A DNA stretch of 43,250 nt from Bryobacterales bacterium (GTDB lineage: Bacteria; Acidobacteriota; Terriglobia; Bryobacterales; Bryobacteraceae). The notes beneath the pieces were generated by a model. That model was not told the DNA's origin, did no database searches, and was given only the letters and a program-made list of their open reading frames with translations. The stretch is from assembly GCA_038215525.1 (NCBI GenBank), contig JBBQQS010000001.1:1-43250 (forward strand), read 5' to 3'. Positions 17,320 through 28,700 of the stretch are shown here, one piece after another (positions within the stretch are counted from its first letter, which is position 1; each line of letters opens with the position of its first letter). The translations under genes were made by a program, and so were the position numbers.

Positions 17320-18582
17320 GTGAGCTCTCATTTCCATCGCCGCCATTTTTTAGTCGCCGCCGCTACCGCCCAACAGACCTGGGCCCAAGCCAATGACCGT
17401 TTACGGGTCGCCATCGTGGGCTTAGGGGGCCGGGGCACCGCGCACATCAAAGAGATGCTGCCGGTGCCGAATCTGGAGATTGCCGCGCTCGTCGAAGTGG
17501 ACGGAGCACGCGCCGAAGCGGCTTCTCAACTGATCTTTCAGAAGACCGGCAAGCGGCCGATTATCGAAAGCGACATGCGGCGGGCGTTCGACAACAAGTC
17601 GATTGACGCGGTGACGGTCGCGACCACCAATCATTGGCACTCGCTGACGGCGATTTGGGCCATGCAAGCCGGCAAGGACGTCTACGTCGAGAAGCCGGTC
17701 TCGCACAACATCTTCGAGGGGATCCAGTTGGTGGCCACGGCGCGGAAGTACAACCGCATCGCGGCCGGGGGGACGCAGCGCCGCTGGTGGGGCCGCTTTC
17801 GCGCGGCGGTCGATTTGCTGCATGCCGGCGTGATTGGCGAGGTCTATCAGGGTAACTTTATGTTCCCGGGTAATCGGGAGCCGATCGGGTTTAAGCCGAT
17901 TGAGCAGCCGCCGGCCAATTTGAATTGGGATTTGTGGCTGGGTCCGGCGCCGATGCAGCCTTATCACGCCAATCTGGTCCATTACAACTGGCACTGGTTC
18001 TGGGATTTCGGCAACGGCGAATTGGGCAACAACGGTATCCACATGATCGACGTGCTGCGTTGGGGCATGAAGAAGACCCTGCCCGTGGGCGTGCGCTCAA
18101 CGGGCGGCCGCTTTGGCGAAAAGGATCAAGGGCAGACGCCGAATACGCAAAATGTCACCTGGACCTTCGCCGATGGCAGCAGCATCGTTGGCGGTCTGCG
18201 CGGCTTGCCCACCGCGGAGCCCATGGCCTGGGACTTCTACGGCACCAAGGGTCACTTGCACCTGATGGCCGATGGGCGGCATCGGCTGACCCTCGGGCGC
18301 AAGAAGCAGTTGGAGCCCGAGCCGGCCGTGTATCCCAAAGACCTGGACCATTTCGCCAACTTCGCCGATGCCGTGCGCGCGCGGGATCGCAAGCTGCTGC
18401 ACGCCGAGGTGGAGGAGACGGCGATTTCGACGGCCTATTGCCACTTGGGCAACATCTCCCATCGATTGGGCCGGGAGCTGAAGTTCGACCCTGCGGCGAT
18501 GAAGTTTGTGGGGGACCCGGAAGCGAACGCAATGCTGACGCGGAAGTACCGGGCGCCGTATGTGGTGCCGGAGCGGATTTAG
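17320..18582 (+). CDS. Gfo/Idh/MocA family oxidoreductase with Tat signal
   Basis: Tat signal HRRHFLVAAATAQQTWA. Rossmann motif VAIVGLGGRGTAH. EKP motif (VYVEKPVSHN). GTG start. Confidence 0.85.
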   Translation: MSSHFHRRHFLVAAATAQQTWAQANDRLRVAIVGLGGRGTAHIKEMLPVPNLEIAALVEVDGARAEAASQLIFQKTGKRPIIESDMRRAFDNKSIDAVTVATTNHWHSLTAIWAMQAGKDVYVEKPVSHNIFEGIQLVATARKYNRIAAGGTQRRWWGRFRAAVDLLHAGVIGEVYQGNFMFPGNREPIGFKPIEQPPANLNWDLWLGPAPMQPYHANLVHYNWHWFWDFGNGELGNNGIHMIDVLRWGMKKTLPVGVRSTGGRFGEKDQGQTPNTQNVTWTFADGSSIVGGLRGLPTAEPMAWDFYGTKGHLHLMADGRHRLTLGRKKQLEPEPAVYPKDLDHFANFADAVRARDRKLLHAEVEETAISTAYCHLGNISHRLGRELKFDPAAMKFVGDPEANAMLTRKYRAPYVVPERI

Positions 18583-18591
18583 GAACCCTTG

Positions 18592-21500
18592 TCAATCCCC
18601 CGCTGCGATTACTGCTTCCGGATGGCGACGAGTTACCAGTGCGCCTAAGTCGTCAAAGAGTGAGTAAGCTACCGGCGTCACGATCAGGGTGAGTAACAAC
18701 GACAGCGACTGCCCGCCAATGACGATAATGGCGATTGACCGGCGTTCCTCCGCTCCGGGGCCATTGCCCAGCGCGAGAGGCAACATGCCCGCTACCAGGG
18801 TGACGGTGGTCATCAGGATGGGCCGCAGGCGGTCGCGGTTGGCTTGGAGGATGGCTTGCAGGCGCGGGAGGCCTTCGCGGCGGAGGTTATTCGTGTGGTC
18901 AATCTGGAGAATCGAGTTCTTTTTGACGACGCCAAACAACACGAGAATTCCGAGTGCCGAATAGAGGTTGAGTGTCTCGCGAAAGAGCCATAAGGAAAGG
19001 AAGCCAAATGGCACGGCCAGCGGTAAGCTGAGCAGGATCGTCACCGGGTGCAGCAGGCTTTCGAATTGGCTGGCGAGAATCATATACATGAAGACCACCG
19101 AGAGGGCGAAGGCCAGCAGAAATTCGTTGAGGGTACGTTCGAACTCCTTGCCGCGGCCGATGACGGTGGTGGAGTAAGCGGCGGGCATGTTCAATTCTTC
19201 GGCCGCTTTGAACATCTCCGGCAGACGGTCGCCGAGGCCGAAGCCGGGTAGGATATTGGCGCGGATGCCGACTTGGCGTTGACGGTCGAGCCCTTCGATG
19301 CGGTAGGCCGACATGGATTCTTTCAGCTTCACGACATTGTCCAGGCGCTGCAGTCCGCTTTTTGCCGACGGCACGTAGAGCTTGGAGATATTGGCGAGCG
19401 AATTCCGGTCGCCGCCTTTGAGACGGACTTCGACGTCATACTCTTCGGCGATCTTTTCGTCGCGGAAGCGGGAAACTTCGTCGTCGCCGCCCACCATCAG
19501 GCGCAAGGAAGTGGCAATGTCGGAGGCGTCGACGCCGAGGTCGGCGGCGCGGTCGCGGTCGATGGCGACGCGGAGTTCGGGTTTGTTGAGGCGCAGGGTG
19601 GTGTCGACGTCGGTGAGGCCGGGGGTCTTCAAGGCGCGGGCGCGCATGGCTTCGCTGTAGCGGCTCAATTCGAGTAAGTCCGGCCCGCGGATGGAAAAGT
19701 CGATGTCGTAGGGCGCGGAGCCCTGATTCAAAGTTTGTAAGTTGCCGACGCGGGTGCGTAAGTCGGGAATCTTTTTGAGGCGGGCGCGGACGGCGGCCAT
19801 GACGTCGCGCTGGGAGTAGAGATTTTTGAAGGCGCCCATGGGGTCGCCTTCCAGGGTTTTCCGCCAGATCCGCGGCAGCGACAGGACCCGGTTTTCGACG
19901 TCCTCGAGGCGAACATACACGCGGCCATTATTCACTTGCTGTAAGTAGCCCGTGCCTACAATCGAAACGACGTGCTTCACACCCGGTAAGGGCCGAATGG
20001 CGTCCTCAATGCGCTGCAAAACCTCTTTCATCGACTCGAGGTTGGCCCCTTCCGGCGCGTTGGCACTCATCTCAAACTCGCCCTCGTCGACATTGGTGGG
20101 GAGATACTCCTGCTTCAATAGGCTGAACAGGGGAAAGGTGCAAAGCATGGTGGCAACGCCCAGGAAGGCAATCACCGGGCGATGGCCCATGCTCCACGCG
20201 AGTAACTTCATGTAAGTCTTTTCGATCCACCCATAGAAGCCGCCGCGCGAGTCATGTTCGATGGCCACCTGCTTGATCATGCGCGAGCACATCATGGGTG
20301 TGAGGCTAAAGCTGACGATGAGCGAAACCAGGATGGCCACGGTGGCCGTGACGCCGAAGGAGAAGAGAAAGCGTCCGGAAACGGAGGACATAAACGACAC
20401 GGGCAGGAAGACGACGATGAGACTAAACGTAGTAGCGGTGACGGCTAGGCCAATGTCCTTAGTGGCTTCAATCGCCGCCTGGCGGGCCGACATTTGTTTC
20501 TCTTCGATAAAGCGGAAGATATTTTCGAGCACGACAATGGCGTCGTCGATGACTACGCCGACCATTAGCACGAGCGCGAGCATGGTGATGTTATTGAGCG
20601 TGAAGTTAAATAGCCGCATCGCGCCGAAGGTAGCGATGATGGAAGCCGGAATGGCGACGGCGGCAATCACCGTGGCGCGCCAGTTGCGCATAAAAAGCAG
20701 TACAACGAGCGAGGCCAGGATGGAGCCCAGAATCAAATGTAACTGCACTTCGTGGAAGGCGGCGTTGATGTAGCGTGCCTGATCCTGCACGATTTCGAGT
20801 TGCATGCCCGGCGGCAGTAACTGCTGCACGCGGCTGAGTTTGACTTTAACGGCATTGATGACGTCGATGGTATTGGCGCCCGATTGCCGGCGTACCTCAA
20901 TGGCCACGGCTTCCTTGCCGTCGTAGCGCGCGTAGGAGCGTTGCTCTTTATGGCCATCCTCGGCATAGCCGATGTCGCCCACGCGGATGGGGGTGTTGCG
21001 AATATTGGCGACCACTAAGTCATTAAATTGTTTCGGATCCGGAAAACGCCCCAACGTGCGCAGGACTAACTCGCGGCGTCCTTCATCCACCCGGCCGCCG
21101 GGGATGTCGGCATTCTGTCGTGCGATAGCGTTGCGCACACTCAGGATCGGGATCTTATAGGCGGCCAGCCGGTCGGCATCGAGCCAGATATTGATGGCCC
21201 GCTTTTGTCCGCCCACGGCTAAGACTTGGCCGACACCGCCGACGCTCTCGATGGCGTCCTTCACATTGCGGTCAGCGATTTCGTAGAGCTCGCGGCCCGT
21301 GCGATCGCCGGTAAGCACCATGGTCATGATGGGCGAGGCATCGGTGTCGAGCTTCTTGATTAACGGCGGCTTCGCGTCAGGCGGCAATTGGGAGATGATG
21401 CCGGCGACGGCGTCGCGCACGTCCTGCGCCGCCACATCGATGTTGCGGTTCAGGTTGAAGGTGACGGTGACGATCGAGATGGACTCGGTGGAGGTGGAGC

Positions 21501-21744
21501 GAATATTGTCGATGCCTTCGACGGTCGCCACCGAGTCCTCAATAAAGCGCGTGATGGTGCTCTCCACCTCTTCAGGCGAGGCGCCGAGCAAGGCGGTGCG
21601 GATGTTGATGATGGGCATGTCGACGTCGGGGAAGCGGTCGACGCCGAGTTTCGAATAAGATACTGCGCCGACGACCACGAGCGCCAGGATGAGCATGACG
21701 GCAAAGACGGGCCGCGCGACACAGACTTGGGCGAGCTTTTGCAT
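18592..21744 (-). CDS. RND efflux transporter permease (AcrB/HAE family)
   Basis: 1050 aa with a typical N-terminus ARPVFAVMLILALVVVGAVSYSKLGVDRFPDVDMP and a 12-TM/two-large-loop architecture. Confidence 0.92.
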   Translation of the reverse strand: MQKLAQVCVARPVFAVMLILALVVVGAVSYSKLGVDRFPDVDMPIINIRTALLGASPEEVESTITRFIEDSVATVEGIDNIRSTSTESISIVTVTFNLNRNIDVAAQDVRDAVAGIISQLPPDAKPPLIKKLDTDASPIMTMVLTGDRTGRELYEIADRNVKDAIESVGGVGQVLAVGGQKRAINIWLDADRLAAYKIPILSVRNAIARQNADIPGGRVDEGRRELVLRTLGRFPDPKQFNDLVVANIRNTPIRVGDIGYAEDGHKEQRSYARYDGKEAVAIEVRRQSGANTIDVINAVKVKLSRVQQLLPPGMQLEIVQDQARYINAAFHEVQLHLILGSILASLVVLLFMRNWRATVIAAVAIPASIIATFGAMRLFNFTLNNITMLALVLMVGVVIDDAIVVLENIFRFIEEKQMSARQAAIEATKDIGLAVTATTFSLIVVFLPVSFMSSVSGRFLFSFGVTATVAILVSLIVSFSLTPMMCSRMIKQVAIEHDSRGGFYGWIEKTYMKLLAWSMGHRPVIAFLGVATMLCTFPLFSLLKQEYLPTNVDEGEFEMSANAPEGANLESMKEVLQRIEDAIRPLPGVKHVVSIVGTGYLQQVNNGRVYVRLEDVENRVLSLPRIWRKTLEGDPMGAFKNLYSQRDVMAAVRARLKKIPDLRTRVGNLQTLNQGSAPYDIDFSIRGPDLLELSRYSEAMRARALKTPGLTDVDTTLRLNKPELRVAIDRDRAADLGVDASDIATSLRLMVGGDDEVSRFRDEKIAEEYDVEVRLKGGDRNSLANISKLYVPSAKSGLQRLDNVVKLKESMSAYRIEGLDRQRQVGIRANILPGFGLGDRLPEMFKAAEELNMPAAYSTTVIGRGKEFERTLNEFLLAFALSVVFMYMILASQFESLLHPVTILLSLPLAVPFGFLSLWLFRETLNLYSALGILVLFGVVKKNSILQIDHTNNLRREGLPRLQAILQANRDRLRPILMTTVTLVAGMLPLALGNGPGAEERRSIAIIVIGGQSLSLLLTLIVTPVAYSLFDDLGALVTRRHPEAVIAAGD

Positions 21745-22958
21745 TAGGGCTTCACCCGGACCTTCTGGCCTTTGGCCATCTTCTCGTTGGCCTTAACGAC
21801 AACGAGGTCGCCGTCCTTTAAGCCTTCCAGCACTTCGACGCGTTCACCGGGGAGGCGCCGGCCGCTTTTGACGATGCGGTCGTCGAGTTGACTGTTCTTC
21901 ACCAAAAAGACGCGGTCGATACCGGCGAAGCTGACTACTGACGTTGCCGGCACGGTGATTCCGGTGGCCTGCGAGTTTACCGTGATGGAGCCTTCGACAA
22001 AGCTCCCTGGCCGCAGGCGGCCGTCGGAATTCGGGATCTCGCCCTCAATCGTGAGCGAGCGGTTCTGTGCTTCAATGCTGGGGCTTAAGCGCATGACGCG
22101 GCCGGTGCGGGTAAGCGTAGAGCCTTCGAGCCGGATGTCGATGGCCTGGCCGCTGAGGATCTGGCCGGCGAAGCGTTCGGGCACTTCGAGGCGCACGCGG
22201 AGCGGATGCTGGCGCACCAGCGTCACCACCGGCGCGTTGGTGGCCAGATACTCGCCCACGGAAGCGATGCGCTTGGTGATGGCGCCGGCGAAGGGCGCGC
22301 GGATGACGGTGTCGGTGAGTTGCTGGCGCGAGAGGTCCAACTGCGCGCGGCGCTCAGAAAGCTGCGAGCCCATCTGCAGCACTTCGCTTAAGGCCGACTG
22401 GACTCGCGCTTCGAGGCCTTGTTTGCGGGCGCGGGCACGCTCAAACTCAATACGCGAGACGACGCCTTCTTGGGCCAAACGCTCGGTGGTCTCGTAGACG
22501 ATGCGGCTCTCTTCGAGGTTGGCGCGGGCTTCCTTCACCATGGCGGTGCGCTCCGGGTCGACGACGTCGGTGTTCAAGTTGGCGAGCGCGAGGCGGGCGC
22601 GAATCTGCTCCACCTGGGCTTCGGCTTGGCGGAGACGGTATTGGTAGTCGTCTTTTTCGAGCTCAGCCAGCACATCGCCGGGCTTTACCAGGCTGCCGAG
22701 GTCGACGTTCAACTTGGTGACGCGGCCGGGCACCTTGGTGCTGATGTTGGCCAGTTCTTCGGCGAAAAGTTCGCCATTCGCGTTCACCACCGTGGGCAGG
22801 GAAATGGACTCCACGCGCAGCGTGTCGACGGCCAACGACGGGGCTTCGCCCTTGGCGGAGGCCTTCTGTTCGGAGTAGGGGCCGCTACAGGCGGTGAGGA
22901 GAATGAGGACGATCGCGACGAAGAAAGGCATACAGGGCTTCGGCGAGCATTTTCTCAC
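21744..22958 (-). CDS. RND efflux periplasmic adaptor (membrane fusion protein, HlyD family), lipoprotein
   Basis: Lipobox LLTAC. Lipoyl/hairpin/beta-barrel pattern (GRVTKLNVDLGSLVKPGDVLAELE, coiled-coil QAEAQVEQIRARL). TAATG overlap with the pump gene. Confidence 0.9.
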   Translation of the reverse strand: MRKCSPKPCMPFFVAIVLILLTACSGPYSEQKASAKGEAPSLAVDTLRVESISLPTVVNANGELFAEELANISTKVPGRVTKLNVDLGSLVKPGDVLAELEKDDYQYRLRQAEAQVEQIRARLALANLNTDVVDPERTAMVKEARANLEESRIVYETTERLAQEGVVSRIEFERARARKQGLEARVQSALSEVLQMGSQLSERRAQLDLSRQQLTDTVIRAPFAGAITKRIASVGEYLATNAPVVTLVRQHPLRVRLEVPERFAGQILSGQAIDIRLEGSTLTRTGRVMRLSPSIEAQNRSLTIEGEIPNSDGRLRPGSFVEGSITVNSQATGITVPATSVVSFAGIDRVFLVKNSQLDDRIVKSGRRLPGERVEVLEGLKDGDLVVVKANEKMAKGQKVRVKP

Positions 22959-22963
22959 ATTGG

Positions 22964-23497
22964 TTACCGCTTATATTTTTGGGCGACGATGAAACGATCG
23001 AAAACGCTCTTTTCGGCGTTCCAACGGATGACGTGCAGGTTCACCTCAATGCCTTCGGAGTGAGCGCGGTCGACGAGGGAGAGAACCTCGAGTTCGCGGG
23101 CGATGGCGCCGTCGATTTGGGGCAGATAATCATGTGGTTGGAGTCTGGCGCGGGCGGCGAGCGAGTGGGGCTCAACGCCGGTGACGAGGAAGCCGAAGTC
23201 GCCGCCGACGCCGAGCTTGCGCTCCTCGGCTGCGCGGAACTTGAGCTCGAGGTCTTCGCGGATGTAGGCGGCCTGGGCCGGGTCGAAACGAAAGACGGGG
23301 ATGGGGGCCTTGGCTTTAATAGCGGCGCTGACGCCCCCAGCATCGACCAGAAGGTCGCCTACCTTCAAGCCGGCACGTTCGGCCGGGCAGTCCTTCGGGA
23401 CGGTAGTGAGGCGAAAGCCAATCTGGCCTTTCACCCAGCTTTGCGCGGATAGCGAGCTCACTAGCAAGAAAGCCAGCATCCATCGAGAAAGGTTCAT
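22964..23497 (-). CDS. Secreted protein with two degenerate PDZ-like segments, first gene of the RND operon
   Basis: Signal peptide MNLSRWMLAFLLVSSLSAQS. CPAERAGLKVGDLLVDAGG and VTGVEPHSLAARARLQPHDYLPQIDG resemble PDZ ligand-binding cores. Only 5 nt separate its stop from the MFP start. Confidence 0.55.
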   Translation of the reverse strand: MNLSRWMLAFLLVSSLSAQSWVKGQIGFRLTTVPKDCPAERAGLKVGDLLVDAGGVSAAIKAKAPIPVFRFDPAQAAYIREDLELKFRAAEERKLGVGGDFGFLVTGVEPHSLAARARLQPHDYLPQIDGAIARELEVLSLVDRAHSEGIEVNLHVIRWNAEKSVFDRFIVAQKYKR

Positions 23498-23516
23498 GAC
23501 TATACTTTAGATCGAT

Positions 23517-25661
23517 ATGCCGATTACGAGAAGAGAGCTAATGTTGGCGACACCCCTGGCTTGGGCCCAGGACCAAAGTCCTAGTGGCGGTTGGTTTGAC
23601 CGGCCAATGCGCTGGGCCCAGGTCGCCTTCACCGAAGACGACCCCGGCAACTATGACCTTGCCATGTGGTTGCGGTACTTCAAGCAAATCCACGCCGATG
23701 CGGCGTGTTTGAGCGCCGGCGGCTGTGTGGCGTTCTATCCGACGAAGGTGCCCTATCACTACCGCAGTAAGTACTTGGGCGAGCGCGACGCCTTCGGCGA
23801 GTTCGCCGCCGGCTGCCGGGATTTGGGGATGAATGTCGTCGCCCGCACCGATCCCCATGCTTGTAACGAAGAGGCCTTTCGCGCGCATCCGGAGTGGGTC
23901 GCGCGAACGGCGGATGGCAAGCCTCGTCGCCATTGGGCCGCGCCGGACCTTTATGTTACTTGCGCGCTGGGGCCCTATAACTTCGATTTTATGACGCAGG
24001 TGACCCGCGAAATTGTCACCAATTACAAAGTGGACGGGGTCTTCTCGAATCGCTGGCATGGCAGCGGACAATGTTACTGCGAAAGCTGTAAGAAGTTATT
24101 CAGAGCCTTTAGCGGTTTTGACTTACCCACAACGTTGAGTCCCGCCGACCCGGCCCGGCGAAAGTACATCGAATGGAATGAGCACCGGCTATTCGAGTTA
24201 TGGGCACTTTGGGATTCCACCATTCGCGCCGTAAATCCAGCGGCGACGTTTATCGCGAATTCGGGCGGCGGGGCATTGTCGGAGCTAGATATGAAGAAAG
24301 TGGGTGAGCTATCGCAGACTTTGTTTGCCGATAAGCAAGCCCGCCGCGGCACTTTGCCGCCTTGGGCCAATGGCAAAAACGGCAAAGAGTACCGGGCGAC
24401 GTTGGGCCGCAAGCCGATCGGCGGCATCTTCAGCGTGGGCGTGGAAGAGCCTTACCGCTGGAAGGACTCGGTGCAGACCGGCGCCGAGATCCGCCTGTGG
24501 GCCCACGACGGCATCGCGCACGGCTTGCGGCCCTGGTTTACGAAGTTCAATGCCAAACCGCTCGACGAGCGCTGGATGCCGGTAGTCTCCGACATCTTCA
24601 ATTGGCACTGGAAGAACGAGAAGTTCTTGCGCAATGAGGAGAACCTGGCGCGGGTGGCCATTGTTTATTCGCAGCAGACGGCCCATTATTACGGTGGCCC
24701 GCAAGCGAGGGAACGGGTAGAGGATCCGCAGTTGGGTTTCTATCAAGCCTTGGTGGAGTCCCGCATTCCTTTTGAGATGGCGCACGATGGCTTACTCGAC
24801 GCGGCGCATGTCGATCGCTTTGCGGTGTTGATCTTGCCCAATATTGCGGCTCTTTCCAGCGCCCAGTGCCGGCAGTTAGAAGAGTATGTGGCGCGCGGCG
24901 GCGCCATTGTCGCCACGCAGGAGACATCGCTCTATGACGAGTGGGGCCAACGGCGTGCGGACTTTGGCTTGGCCAAGTTGTTTGGCTGCTCCTTTGCGGG
25001 CAAGGTCGACGAGCGGGTGCAGAATTCGTATCTGACGATCGAACACCAGTTACCCGGAAATCCCCTGCGGATGGGCCTGGAAGGAACGCCGCGGGTGATT
25101 AATGGCGTCCGCCAAGTGCAAGTGCGGCCAGCCGATGCGGGTTATCGCGCGCCACTTACGCTCATTCCCAGTTACCCCGACCTACCCATGGAAAGCGTCT
25201 ATACGACGACGCCCCATACGGACATTCCGGCGGCTTACTTTCGGCAGCATGGCAAAGGCCGGGTGGTTTACTTCCCAATGGATATCGATCGTACTTTCTG
25301 GGAGGTGCTGAGTGCTGACCACTTGGCTTTGCTTAGAAATGCTGTTCTTTGGGCGGCGCCCCAAGCGAGCGCAGTGCGGATTACCGGCGCCGGCGTGCTC
25401 GACTTAGCTTACTGGCGGCAGAAGGATTCGCTCACTCTGCACCTAGTCAACCTCACCAATCCGATGATGATGAAAGGCCCGATCCGCGAGGTGTTTCCTA
25501 CCGGGCGCTTAAGCGTGGAGATCGACCTGCCGGTCGGCGTCACCGCGAAGCAAGTGCGCCTGCTGACCGCCGGGGCCGCCGCCGCCTGGCAGCCGAGACC
25601 CGGTGGCATTCGCGTGGAAGTGCCGGGTGTGGAAGTACATGAAGTAATTGCCATAACGTGA
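23517..25661 (+). CDS. Putative glycoside hydrolase-like protein (GHL6-type TIM barrel plus a beta-galactosidase-trimerisation-like domain), Tat signal
   Basis: Tat signal PITRRELMLATPLAWA. PMRWAQVAFTEDDPGNYD...SAGGCVAFYPTKVPYH...RDAFGEFAAGCRDLGMNVVARTDPH...HPEW is GHL6-like. RFAVLILPNIAALSSAQCRQLEEYVARGGAIVAT resembles the GH42 middle domain. Confidence 0.65.
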   Translation: MPITRRELMLATPLAWAQDQSPSGGWFDRPMRWAQVAFTEDDPGNYDLAMWLRYFKQIHADAACLSAGGCVAFYPTKVPYHYRSKYLGERDAFGEFAAGCRDLGMNVVARTDPHACNEEAFRAHPEWVARTADGKPRRHWAAPDLYVTCALGPYNFDFMTQVTREIVTNYKVDGVFSNRWHGSGQCYCESCKKLFRAFSGFDLPTTLSPADPARRKYIEWNEHRLFELWALWDSTIRAVNPAATFIANSGGGALSELDMKKVGELSQTLFADKQARRGTLPPWANGKNGKEYRATLGRKPIGGIFSVGVEEPYRWKDSVQTGAEIRLWAHDGIAHGLRPWFTKFNAKPLDERWMPVVSDIFNWHWKNEKFLRNEENLARVAIVYSQQTAHYYGGPQARERVEDPQLGFYQALVESRIPFEMAHDGLLDAAHVDRFAVLILPNIAALSSAQCRQLEEYVARGGAIVATQETSLYDEWGQRRADFGLAKLFGCSFAGKVDERVQNSYLTIEHQLPGNPLRMGLEGTPRVINGVRQVQVRPADAGYRAPLTLIPSYPDLPMESVYTTTPHTDIPAAYFRQHGKGRVVYFPMDIDRTFWEVLSADHLALLRNAVLWAAPQASAVRITGAGVLDLAYWRQKDSLTLHLVNLTNPMMMKGPIREVFPTGRLSVEIDLPVGVTAKQVRLLTAGAAAAWQPRPGGIRVEVPGVEVHEVIAIT

Positions 25662-25724
25662 ATGTAATGGTTTTGTTATATTTTACGGTTCCTACTGAAA
25701 CATGCGCTTGCTAACCTAGCGGGC

Positions 25725-28700
25725 ATGAAATGGCTTTTGCTTCTTGGTTCGGTAGGCTCGGCGTTGTTTGCCCAAACGGATTCCGCATCGCTGCGGGTAT
25801 TGGTGGAAGACGCTTCGCAAGCGTCGGTAGTGGGGGCGAAGGTAAACTTATCGAACCGCAATACGGGGGCGCTGATCAGCGTCACCACTTCGTCCGACGG
25901 CTATGCCTTATTTAGCCCGATCGTCCGCGGCTCGTACGTCGTGGACGTGGCGCAGGCCGGCTTCAAGTCGGTGAAGCTGAATGACGTGCAGATCAACATC
26001 GACGAGCGGCGTTTGCTGCGCATTAAGCTCGAGGTGTCGAGCATCGTCGAGACCGTGGAAGTGTCGGCGGCGGTGGCCTCGATCCAGACCGAGCAGGGCG
26101 CTTTGGGGCAAGTGATCAGCGGGCGCACGGCCGTAGAACTCCCGTTGGCCGGACGACGTTATACGGAACTGGCCTTGCTTTCGCCCGGGGTGGCAGCGAG
26201 CACGCTGAACCCGACGACGCGGGGGCCGGGCTGGTTTGTCGCCAATGGCAATTACCACACGCAAAACAATTTTCTTCTTGACGGCATCGATAATAACCAG
26301 GGCACGCAGAACGCGCAGAGTTTGAGCGCGCAGGTGGTGCAGCCGAATCCGGATGCGATCGCCGAATTTAAGGTGCAGACGAATTCCTTCTCGGCTGAAT
26401 TTGGCCGCAGCGCCGGCGCGGTGATTAACGTTTCGATCAAGGGTGGCACCAACGCCCTGCACGGCACGGGTTATTACTTCAATCGCGATTCGGCCCTAGC
26501 TGCGGCGGGTTGGACGAATAACAATCAGAACCTGCCCAAGAGTAACCTGAAGTGGCAGCAATATGGCGGCACCGTTGGCGGGCCGATCCAGAAAGACAAG
26601 CTTTTCTACTTTGGCGCTTACGAAGGCTTCCGGCAGAATTTCGCCGATAGCTTCCTAGTGACCGTGCCCACCGCCGCCCAGAAGCGGGGCGAATTTGGGG
26701 CGCTGAACATTGTCGACCCCGCGACCAACACACCCTTCCCGAACAACATCATCCCGGCCTCGCGCTTCGATGCGCTAGGTAAAAAGGTGTTGGACCTCTG
26801 GCCGGAAAACAACTTACCCGGGAATTTCCAGAACGGACGCCCGTCGAATAATTACAGTGCTTTGCGCGACGGCACGGAAAATACGCATAAGTTCGACACC
26901 CGCGCGGACTATGCGCTGAACAGCAAGAACCAGTTGATGGGCCGGTTTAGCTACCTGCGGCAGAGGTTCTTCCGGGTGCAGTTGTTCCCGGGCATCGCCG
27001 ATGGTGAAGGCAACCAGGGCGGCCAATTTAACGAGAATCGGAGCTTGGCCGTGGCCTGGACCAGCACGATCTCGCCCCGCGTAGTGAACACCCTACGGTA
27101 CGGCAATAATAATACTTTCGCCGAGTTTGCGCACGCCACGGTGGATGGGCCGAAAGCCGATACCTTCGGATTTCGGGGCTTCCCGGCCGAAATGCTACAA
27201 GTGGGCGGGTTGCCCTTGATCGCGCCAACTAATTATCGGCAGATCGGTACGCGCAACTTCCGTCCCCAGTATCAGACGCCGAAGTTGAACCAGATCGTCG
27301 ACGCCCTGTCGATCCAGGCGGGCAATCACTTTCTGCGCACCGGCTTTGAAATGCGCCTGAAAGACAACACCTTCGTCGACGTCACCCGCCGCAGCCCGGC
27401 TTACTCCTTCCAGGGGCGCTTCACCAACGATGGCATTGGCGACTTATTGCTGGGCTTCCCGGAAGCCGTGCAGTTGAATACGGTACCGGCCGTGCAGCAG
27501 TTACAGCAGGCTTTCAGCGGCTTCTTGCAGGACGACTGGAAAGTCACCCGCACGCTGACCTTGAACCTGGGGCTGCGCTATGAATACACGACACCGTTCT
27601 ATGGCAATGGCACTAACAAAAACATTAACTTCGACCCCGCGACCGGCGGCCTGATTCTTTCGACCGACAAAGACAAGTACCTGACCACTCCAGACCGCAA
27701 TAACTTCGGCCCGCGACTCGGATTCGCCTGGCAAGCGCGACCGGACCGTTTGGTGATCCGCGGCGGCTATGGCATCTTCTACAACACTGAAGACATCTAC
27801 GGCTCCGAAGCCAGCCTCGCCCTGAATCCGCCCCAACTTATCCAGCCAACCTTGCTGCGCGTGGGCACGGGCCCGGCGCCGGTGCGCTTGAGCGATCCGC
27901 TGCCGGCCAATGTGCTTTCGAACTTCGACAGCCGCAATGTGGGCTTGCGGACGCGCGAGAGGGATCAGCGCTCGGGACGGATTCAACAGTTCAATTTGGC
28001 GATGCAGTATCGAGTGAACAAAGCGAGCACCTTCGAAGTGGCCTATGCCGGCAACCGCGGCACGAACCTCTTTGGGCTTTACGAGCGGAACCAGACCAAC
28101 TTCGGCGTCGACGGCTCCGTGCCGGCCAACCGGCCTTTTCCGCAGTGGCAAGGGATTCAGACCGGGGCTAGCCGCGCCAAGAGCTGGTACAACTCCTTGC
28201 AGACTAAGTTCGAGCACAACTTCAGCGGCGGCCTGTACGCCTTGGCCAGCTTTACCTGGGCGAGCGCGATTGACCAGGCCGGTACCTGGGACGCGGGCGC
28301 CTCGCCCCAGTTCCTGGATCGCTTCGACCTGGAGAATGGCCGCATGACCCAGACGCCCCGGTTGCAGTACACGACCGCCGTCACATACGAACTCCCCTTC
28401 GGCCGCGGCCGCAAGATGGGGAGTAGCTGGAATCGCGCGACCGACGCCGTATTGGGCGGGTGGCGCACGGCGTTCATCGTCAGCTGGCGCACCGGCCTGC
28501 CGATCAATGTCGGTTTGAATGCCAACGGCATCGAGCCGCGCACGGGCCAGGCTTACCGCTTCTTCGGCCGGAACGGCGGCGGTTTGCGGCCCAACCGGGT
28601 GGGCGAAGCTAACAGCGGCATCGACCCCAAGACGGATCGCTTCAAGTTCCTCGATCCGGCAGCGTATAACATCCAGGCCGTCAACACGCCCGGCAACGCG

